Of a stretch of 64,000 nucleotides of DNA, positions 57,701-64,000 are shown piece after piece. A program made the translations under genes and the position numbers. This DNA is from Phoronis australis (lineage: Eukaryota; Animalia; Phoronida): assembly GCA_002633005.1 (NCBI GenBank), contig NMRA01000030.1, positions 962,576 through 1,026,575 on the forward strand. The letters are read 5' to 3'. The notes under the pieces are model-generated. The model was not told the DNA's origin, ran no database searches, and was given only the letters and a program-made list of their open reading frames with translations. Each line of letters opens with the position of its first letter. Within the stretch, counting starts at the first letter, position 1.

Positions 57701-60700
57701 TGTTTCTTCGGGTGCGAATCGTGAGTGGCGCGTTCATTTAAACTGTTTTCGAGTACGAGTCGTGTATTAGTTATGGGGTAGGTACTTCTTGGATCCTTAT
57801 AACATCTTCTAACCATGTAATAAGGGTTAACAACGCGTGAGAGAAGGACTTTAAGTGTCACAGTGCTTTTAGAAGGATTAGCACGGGTGTATGGTACACA
57901 CACGCTGGTCAATGATGAGAGCCTTTTATTTTTTCGTGACGCAGGCTGGAAGTGGACTAAGGGTTTTAAGTTCGCCAATCCAGTACACTAACCATTGTAC
58001 TACCGATTCATCCATTAACTTCGAGGGAAATTTGTCATAGTTATATCTTCCTTAAGAGTGATCCACAGGTGCTCATCATTGACAACCATGAGTGCACCGT
58101 ACACCGGTGCTTGTTCTTCAAAGAAAAAAGCTGTAACACCTGAAAATGGCTGGAGAAATCACCGACCGAAACGTCGTGCCAATGTAAATAGGCTAAGGCC
58201 TGGTGTAAATTTAAAAACGGATTTTAGAAATGATGATCCCAAATTAACACCCCAAAAGCAGTTTTAGGGGACATTGCAAGTGCTTTCCTACTATTCTGTG
58301 GTACAATCTAAGTACTAATTCTTACATGCTTGTTTATATGTTTATATGTAGTTTTGGGGTAATCGAAACTAGAAGCACTGTTGTTGTTTCCTGAACATTA
58401 TCTAAAAAAACTACTCTGTGTAATGTTCAGTTTCTTGGACACCTTGGTCTGCGTGGTCACAGTGTGACGGAACGTGCGGTGACGTTTACAGTGTTAAGAC
58501 GAGAACCTGTGGGAACATGACAACCTTTAGCACGGGCGGCTGCAAGGGACACCCAGCAATGATGAAAAAATGCAATTTAGCCCCATGTAAAAGTGAGTTA
58601 CATCCACGAGATGTAGAGATATGAGAAGCCTTCAGCTACACGTTAAACACGAAAGCGAACATGTGAGGTCGGCACCCTTTTTTACTATGTCACACTGTTG
58701 ACCTACATTTTCGTGTTCAGTCTTAGCCTGAGCTTAGAAATTTCTGTAATCTGGGACCTTTTTTGTTTTCACCGGAGACAGAATATAATGATGTCAACCC
58801 GGTCGTAGCTTTGACTCCTCACCCGATCGTCATTCATTCGATGTCTCCCTTCATAGATGCCACCTATCACCCTCGGCCGCTTCTAAATTTGCCCCACTTT
58901 AGTCGCCACCTATTTTCTGCACTTGCACCCCTCTTCTGGGTTCCGGGAGCAACAGACGTAGTAAGGGGGTGGTAGGAGAACAACTGGGTCATGACACCCT
59001 GTTCATTGAAAAATACGACTTCCTCAGTAAAACCTCAATCAATTTTTCGTATACCCTCCCGTCTCCCGGTCGTTAGAAAGTGCCCCCAGGTTGAGTCCCC
59101 TCTCCCGTCGAACAGTTTTCCCCATTTGATCACCCTGTAGGATACATCTCGCTGCACAGCGGTGGCTGGGCCATGCTGCTCAACTGCACAACAATTCACA
59201 ATCAAGGATATTACTTTGGAAATTTCAATAATCCTGAAATTATGATTAACATCTGTACATGTAAATCTACAAAACACTAATATTAGCTAACCGAATGAAA
59301 CTATTCGAATGTTTTGTTTGAATGTTTTCAAAGACGGTCTCTGATATTTTTCGTAGATTACCATCCACATGAAATATGAGCACGTGCAGTAAGTAGAAGT
59401 CATCTTCCAAGAGCGATAAATCGAGCAGATCATAGTATGCGTTTTTTGTAGACAACAGCGTCCAGGTCCAGACTTAAATGGGCGCTTGTGTCACCGACAA
59501 AAAATTGAACACAACGCGTTCCCAAACTTGAACTCGCACAATCGTGTTCACGTCTAACGTGTAGCCCGACGGAGGCTCTGACAAGGTTCCAAAGCATTGA
59601 GATGCTTCTTTAAGTATATGAAAATTTAACCAGTCAGGAGATGGTATAGTATGTTACTTACTACGTGGACTAATTTAATTATGATCTTTGTTCTGAGGTG
59701 CTTAGTTTTACGGATTGTTCTAAAACCCTCCTTACCCTCACACCATACGAACCCCTCGACCCACAACCCACGACCCACAACCCCCTCGACCCACGACATG
59801 CACCAATAGATGTATCTGCGGTTGTTACACATTTCAAGCTCATTTTCCATCGCTGAGTGACTCCCATAAGGCTTTTCTACACTCGAATCTGCTCTGGTTC
59901 AAGTCTGGTTGTTAAAAACAGAAATGGCGAATTGTGAGCGTGCTGTCGTTGCCAAGGAAATAGGTGCACGAGCGGCTACCAATGGCCCTGTTCTACTAAA
60001 TTTAGGGAAAGAGTACGATAACGTGAATGGACGTATTTTTACATTTTTATTACTTGCTTTTTGTTGTATACTCGTCTACAATATACCTCATGTAATGTTG
60101 GGATACTTTTTAGTTAACAGTTTGTTTTGTAAACTGTATTTACTGAATAAATTACATTTTCGTCGGTTCCTCGCACTCTCCCAAAAAAACCTTGAATCTG
60201 ATATTCATTGAAGAGCATACGAGACGATTACGCTTTGTCGGGAACGACATTTGTAACATTGGTAGGTCTTTGATTTGATCTGGGCGCGTTATTTTCTTCT
60301 GTTTTTGGCTTTCAAACCTGCCGAATTGACTCTGTTAATTACAAAAAACAGAGAAAAAGCAACCGAGCTCATGGCCCAACTCGTTAGTCCTGCAAGTCAG
60401 CACTTGTTCTATCTTCAGATGGAGTCGAGCTTGTGTACACTGGGTTGAGGAGGTTTTTGGCCGTGGGTTGTGAGTGTTGTGGGTATAAGTTCGTGTCGTT
60501 TTCGAACGCAGAGCAGAAGTGATAGTTCTCGCGTAGCACTGTACCCTATCTCGATCATGTCATCTCTAATAGTTCTGATGTACAAGCCACACAAGGGTTT
60601 ATCGATTTCCACGTGCCGCAGAGCATATCTGGCGTTCGAAGGTTTTTGGGGATGGCTCAGCAGTTGAGCAAGTTTTCTGATCATATTGATAAAATTAGCA

Positions 60701-63556
60701 GCTCTTTGCAAATACTACGTCAAAACGGTGTACCCTAGATATGGAGACCAGGTCAGTCGGAAGCATTCGACGACATCAAAAGGAAATTTTAGAGGAATGT
60801 AGAGTTGCATACGACACACCGAAACCAAAAGTGATTAAGACCAATGCATCCGGAAAAAGGTCTTCGTGCAGCCCTCTATCGCAAACAATCTGATGGTACA
60901 TGGCTATTAGAACGCACAGCGTCGCGATATCTGTCACAGGCCGAAAAACATTACGCGACACTGGAAAAAGAGTCACTAGGTGACACCTGCGCTTCCGAAG
61001 AATGTCACAATTACAAAATCGGCAACCATGTAACAAGTCAAAGTGACCGTAAGTCATTGGATCCGTTGCTCAACCGCATTGTGGTCGACGAACTGACTCC
61101 CAGAATAGAATATGACTACAAGATGGAGCACATCAGTGGAAAGAATGACATCGCGGCGGAAGCGTTGTCAAGAAGACTGTTGAGTCATGCTGCTACGCCA
61201 AATAAGCTTGTGGAGATGCAACGTTGTCACTGAGTCAACGAATATCTCTTGTGAATAATGCAATCTTGATTCAGAAAATCCATCGATGTCACTTAGGATT
61301 CACTAAGTGTAGAGAGTGAGGGAGGAAGGAAGGGAGGGAGGGAGGGAGGGAGGTTGGGAGAGAGGAAGGGTGGGAGAGCTAATAACCTTGTGTGGTGACC
61401 TGGCATGTCACAACAAATCTTCGATATGCTAAGTAGATTAAATTCTATCTCGGATTATTTAATGGTACCGTGCTGCTAGAAACGAATCTGATGAGCCAAT
61501 CTAGCGATCAGAATTCCCAAGTCAACCATTGGTAAAAGTGATTTATTTCATTATAAAGACCTACGATATGTGTTGTGGGTTGTTTATTATTCGAGTTATG
61601 TGGAGATTGCCTTGCTAAGCAACACCGAGTTGGGTGAAGGTATTGCGCGTCACGGAATTCCATATCTCCCAGTTTTGGCCAATGGATCGCCGTACATTAG
61701 CAAAGAGTTAATTAAGTTCCTTTGCAAAGTCGTCGGAGTTTATTCACGTCACACGCTTACCTAAACACCCATGAAATAACGATGTCACGGGAAAAGCTGT
61801 GTAAGCAAAGAAGCGAATGTTGGAGAAAGAGTTGCATCCTCATGTTGCACCGCTAGCGTCCATGTGAGCCTCAATGGGGAACAGCTTCTTTCCAGCCGAG
61901 CCGCTGATGAGCCGCAAGGGTCAGAAGACCTTACCTCGTGAGCTGCCGTCGGTGCTGCAACCGAACACACTGAAACATTCTCGGGTGCAAAAACGTGAGC
62001 AAGTCGCTCGCTGCAAGTCTGCTGCTCATTGCGCGAGACATCTTTTTTTGAGAGTCAGAAATCAGTTTCATGTCCGCAACCTGGAAAAACCTTGAAAGGT
62101 CGCTGGCACCCCAAGGTGATACGAACGCAGAAACACGTCAGAGACAAAGAAACCGATCCGACGAGCTTCAGCGTCTCTCAGACACCGGTGCGAACAGTGT
62201 ATTAAAGGTCTCATAATTCGCTATGTTCGGACGTGCAAACCTCGTGATGTTATAGATTTATGAACTGTTGCGTTTAACAACTCTTGCGTTACCTTTCACC
62301 GTTGTTTAAGATCTTCTTAAGCCAAAGGCTTAGTCAAGCGTAGCATAATTTGACTGTTATGGAACCACACATAGCTTGAGTATTGTTGTACCACAGCCTG
62401 CAGCTCGTGCCTTTGTGATACTTTATCATTTTGTTTGTCTTGAAGAGTCGCGTGACACGCAAATTCTTATAAACGAAGACTAAATGGATGACAAACTAAG
62501 TCAACTGGAGATTCAGGAGTTAATTTTTTATATAGCAATACAATGCACCTGTCATTTCATGGAGTAAAACTAAGAATAAAAAGGCCACAAACTAAGAAAG
62601 CGAATAGAACAAAGAAAACTAAAAAGATATATTTAAGAAACTAAACGACCTTTGAACTTAAAAGTTAGTTTTGGTCTTACTGCTAAGATTTGTCTTAAGT
62701 TTTGATTTAATAGCAATAGAACACAAAAAATTACATGACAGCGTTTTCCCGTTCAGTGACTTTTCCAGACCATAGGGGGTCCTGAGCGTGTGATAACATC
62801 TAGCTTCTTTGTTAACTGCCAAGCACACTCTTTTGTCTGTTACTACAACAAGTAGGCCAATTGTCTACCAGGCTTATTACAGACCACGTGTGAACACAGT
62901 CAAACTGAGAGTGAATTGGTGTATTTGGAAAGAATGATTGTCGTAACTTCGGTTGCATTTGGGCGATTTTGGCGATTCAAAAACTAAACATGGCCACTAT
63001 TTGACGAAGATTTCAGCAATGATTTTGGTTTATGTTCAAATATGTTATAACTTAACTTTTATTTTCAACAGCACAGCCCAGTCAGGATAGGTACGATCTT
63101 ATTGGAGATTAGAGCAATTATCGAACAAAAGAGAGGTGACCCTACAACCATAAATGCCAGAATGGAGTTAATCAGTGGTGTAAGATATTGGCTACAGGGG
63201 TAAACTTCCCAACTTGTTGTTGGGCTATAGATACGAACAAGTTGGTAGTAACGGGAAAACGCCGTAATGAAGTCTTCGTGTGAAACACTCTTATAGGATG
63301 CAGTTAGTTTCACAGAGCTGGGAGACATGCCTGAGGATTTCCTTTTTATCTGCAGTAAATACAACATGGACCTGGGGACAGTGGGATACGTGGACTACGT
63401 GTGACGTCACGTGTGGTTCTGGGCGCCAGAGTAGATCGAGAAAGTGTACAGGGAGTAGCTGCGGAATGCTGCCCGAGAAGAGCCAGAATATCATGGAGCT
63501 TAGGATCTGCACTGAACAACAGTGTCCAATGGCGATACCCCCAGAACTAATCGAAG
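23073..63556 (+). CDS. Large multi-exon extracellular protein: N-glycosylation-rich spacer exons alternating with TSP1 (thrombospondin type-1) repeat exons; 5' and 3' ends not identified
   Basis: About 20 open exons, all phase 1-1 with lengths divisible by 3 and AG/GT boundaries (one with a TG acceptor). WxxWxxW-C...R.C motifs. Joining them into one gene is inferred from strand, phase and homology. Confidence 0.75.
23525..23662 (+). CDS. Diverged spacer exon A1b (138 nt; NAGNAG acceptor, alternative start 23522)
   Basis: tttcagcag|CTCAACATTTTGAAAAG...TTTAACG|gtatgt; open frame; NGS, NRS sequons. Confidence 0.65.
24771..24935 (+). CDS. Spacer exon A2 (165 nt)
   Basis: ctgcag acceptor, GTGAGT donor; NRT, NGT, NHT, NNS, NKS. 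Confidence 0.75.
25497..25560. repeat. (ATATCT)n/(TA)n microsatellite
   Basis: Direct reading. Confidence 0.9.
26110..26301 (+). CDS. 4-Cys TSP1-like exon T1 (192 nt)
   Basis: ttttag|AAAAAGAC...WTKWSDWSKCEKDDLYRIKKRDCRDLRTGKLADDCIGNNMTIQLCNSTKNK|gtgagc. Confidence 0.8.
26551..26718 (+). CDS. Second 4-Cys TSP1-like exon U1 (168 nt), intact copy
   Basis: tttttgtccag|..LGSWTQWSPWSKCGSYDLYRMKKRYCRDLRTGNLTNFCNTGSNLAFQPCTSTTND|gtaatt. Confidence 0.7.
27229..27393 (+). CDS. Spacer exon A3
   Basis: atgcag acceptor, GTAGGT donor; 165 nt open. Confidence 0.75.
28011..28132. repeat. Compound (TACA)n/(GTGC,GT)n microsatellite
   Basis: Direct reading; same position in the cassette as the 45711 microsatellite. 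Confidence 0.9.
29851..30042 (+). CDS. TSP1-like exon T2
   Basis: 192 nt, AG/GTGAGC, open. Confidence 0.8.
30259..30426 (+). pseudogene. Dead copy of exon U (U2)
   Basis: Acceptor CAG>CAC, Trp>TAG, second TAG, Cys>Tyr. Confidence 0.8.
30935..31099 (+). CDS. Spacer exon A4
   Basis: ttacag acceptor, GTGGGT donor; 165 nt open; NTT, NDT, NHT, NNS, NKS. Confidence 0.75.
33332..33523 (+). CDS. TSP1-like exon T3
   Basis: 192 nt, AG/GTGAGC, open. Confidence 0.8.
33775..33942 (+). pseudogene. Dead copy of exon U (U3)
   Basis: Same acceptor loss and two in-frame TAG codons. Confidence 0.8.
34451..34615 (+). CDS. Spacer exon A5
   Basis: 165 nt open, AG/GT. Confidence 0.75.
36839..37030 (+). CDS. 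TSP1-like exon T4
   Basis: 192 nt, AG/GTGAGC, open. Confidence 0.8.
37282..37449 (+). pseudogene. Dead copy of exon U (U4)
   Basis: Same acceptor loss and two TAG codons. Confidence 0.8.
37958..38122 (+). CDS. Spacer exon A6
   Basis: 165 nt open, AG/GT. Confidence 0.75.
40353..40544 (+). CDS. TSP1-like exon T5
   Basis: 192 nt, AG/GTGAGC, open. Confidence 0.8.
40796..40963 (+). pseudogene. Dead copy of exon U (U5)
   Basis: Same acceptor loss and two TAG codons. Confidence 0.8.
41472..41636 (+). CDS. Spacer exon A7
   Basis: 165 nt open; donor GTGTGT (weaker). Confidence 0.7.
43831..44022 (+). CDS. TSP1-like exon T6; canonical acceptor mutated AG>TG, in-frame cryptic AAG acceptor would start it at 43837
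   Basis: tctgtttttg|AAAAAG instead of ttttag; coding sequence and donor intact. Confidence 0.55.
44231..44428 (+). CDS. Exon U6, open reading frame but altered acceptor and cysteines (functional status uncertain)
   Basis: Open from the upstream tcttag (198 nt) or from the weak GAG at 44260 (168 nt); WSQWSLWSKC...RQC...SC; fourth Cys is Tyr. Confidence 0.45.
44941..45105 (+). CDS. Spacer exon A8
   Basis: ttacag acceptor, GTAGGT donor; 165 nt open; NDT, NYT, NNS, NKS. Confidence 0.75.
45711..45815. repeat. Compound (TG)n/(TA,CA)n microsatellite
   Basis: Direct reading. Confidence 0.9.
47513..47704 (+). CDS. TSP1-like exon T7
   Basis: 192 nt, AG/GTGAGC, open. Confidence 0.8.
48383..49282. 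mobile_element. Non-autonomous DNA transposon (~900 bp) with TIRs and C-rich/G-rich subterminal repeats
   Basis: GGATTGTTCTAAAACCCC / GGGGTTTTAGAGCAATCC inverted ends; subterminal CCCTCGACCC/ACCCAC repeats; second copy at 59711. Confidence 0.75.
50870..54735 (+). mobile_element. Decayed CR1/L2-group LINE (APE endonuclease + reverse transcriptase, frameshifts and stops) with (ATT)n tail
   Basis: LCSWNVRSIYNK, LQETWL, DFN, EPTRV (EN); KATGMDG, YKPISILPVLSKLL, QSGF, FQKAFDLVDH, GVP*GSILGPLLF, YADDTT (RT); ends ATAAATAAGGTTT(ATT)n at 54686-54735. Confidence 0.92.
51441..52210. mobile_element. Insertion inside the LINE endonuclease containing a ~190-bp direct repeat
   Basis: 51505-51700 is near-identical to 52022-52210; interrupts the EN region after PTRVSVSASS. 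Confidence 0.6.
55218..55355. mobile_element. 138-bp dimeric MITE with 5-bp TSD
   Basis: CGTGGGTGGCGCA / TGCGCCGCCCATG inverted ends; CGTAG on both sides (55213-55217, 55356-55360); two ~70-bp internal copies. Confidence 0.7.
55719..55892 (+). CDS. Canonical 6-Cys TSP1 exon (FSAWTPWSEWTNCSKNCGTEYKVRVRQCRDVKFGNVSTDCTGTRLGIRHCSIPPCET)
   Basis: attcag acceptor, GTATGT donor, 174 nt phase 1-1; not in the ORF track. Confidence 0.85.
58431..58592 (+). CDS. Canonical 6-Cys TSP1 exon (SWTPWSAWSQCDGTCGDVYSVKTRTCGNMTTFSTGGCKGHPAMMKKCNLAPCK)
   Basis: gttcag acceptor, GTGAGT donor, 162 nt phase 1-1. Confidence 0.85.
59711..60510. mobile_element. Second, inverted and more decayed copy of the 48383-49282 element
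   Basis: Starts TA|CGGATTGTTCTAAAACCC; 60285-60400 is the reverse complement of ~48540-48660. Confidence 0.75.
60520..62220 (+). mobile_element. Highly decayed Ty3/Gypsy pol remnant (RT end, RNase H, integrase traces)
   Basis: PQSISGVRRFLGMAQQLSKF; GLRAALY...ASRYLSQAEKHYATLEKESL; YDYKMEHISGKNDIAAEALSR; ARHGIP...NGSPY; many frameshifts; interrupted by (GGGA)n at ~61315-61375. Confidence 0.8.
63356..63556 (+). CDS. Canonical 6-Cys TSP1 exon (WTWGQWDTWTTCDVTCGSGRQSRSRKC...ICTEQQCP)
   Basis: ctttttatctgcag acceptor; WxxWxxW, CxxTCG, RxR motifs; 3' end (AAG|GTCGGA) less certain. Confidence 0.85.
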
Positions 63557-64000
63557 GTCGGAAATCACATTTTGCTTTTCGCCATACCGTAATTTTACTG
63601 ATTTAGTCAAGATAGCATTCGCTAATGTCAGAAGCGAAGGCTGAGTTTAAAGTGACAAATACTACTGACGTGATTTCAGTATGAGATAAAACGATTAAAT
63701 AATCACCGAATTTGGACAAAAGACACAGAGTCATCCACTTAATGACATGAACAAATTCTATTTCGGACAGGGTAAGTTGACTTAAATGTGCTCATATGCC
63801 GTAAGGAAATTTGCTATTTGCAAGATATGTGAACTATTTTTCGCTATCGCAATCCGATGTACTGAATCCGCAACATCATTTTACTGAAAAACCAACGTGT
63901 TGGAGGAAAGGATGAGGAATTATAGACAACATTTTTAATTTCATCCCTTATATCGATCGTTGTTACAGAAAAGCAAGACGTTTTTCTGCCTTTGTCCTGT

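Noticed and set aside
57496-57978. 160-aa minus-strand ORF
   Set aside because: Non-ATG start, no recognisable domain; lies in transposon-like intronic DNA (56630-58260) whose ends I could not define

Overview
AT-rich eukaryotic (metazoan, probably invertebrate) genomic DNA holding two divergently oriented spliced genes and many transposon remnants. (1) Minus strand, 16089 down to 1482 and continuing off the left edge: the first nine coding exons of a SETD3 (actin-histidine N-methyltransferase) orthologue. One intron has U12-type (minor spliceosome) signals. The introns contain a Kolobok-like THAP element, an internally deleted BEL/Pao retroelement, a ~148-bp satellite with CTCF-like motifs, and minisatellites built from copies of the exon-4 splice junctions. 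(2) Plus strand, ~23.0 kb to the right edge: a large gene made of symmetrical phase-1 exons. A ~3.5-kb cassette has been tandemly amplified about 7 times. It holds a 4-Cys TSP1-like exon, a second TSP1-like exon that is dead in four copies, and an N-glycosylation-sequon-rich exon. Three canonical 6-Cys TSP1 exons follow. I could not find this gene's start or end. Also present: a decayed CR1/L2-type LINE with an internal insertion, a Gypsy pol remnant, several non-autonomous TIR elements and a probably false 450-N assembly gap. All calls come from reading the sequence by hand; no database searches were run.
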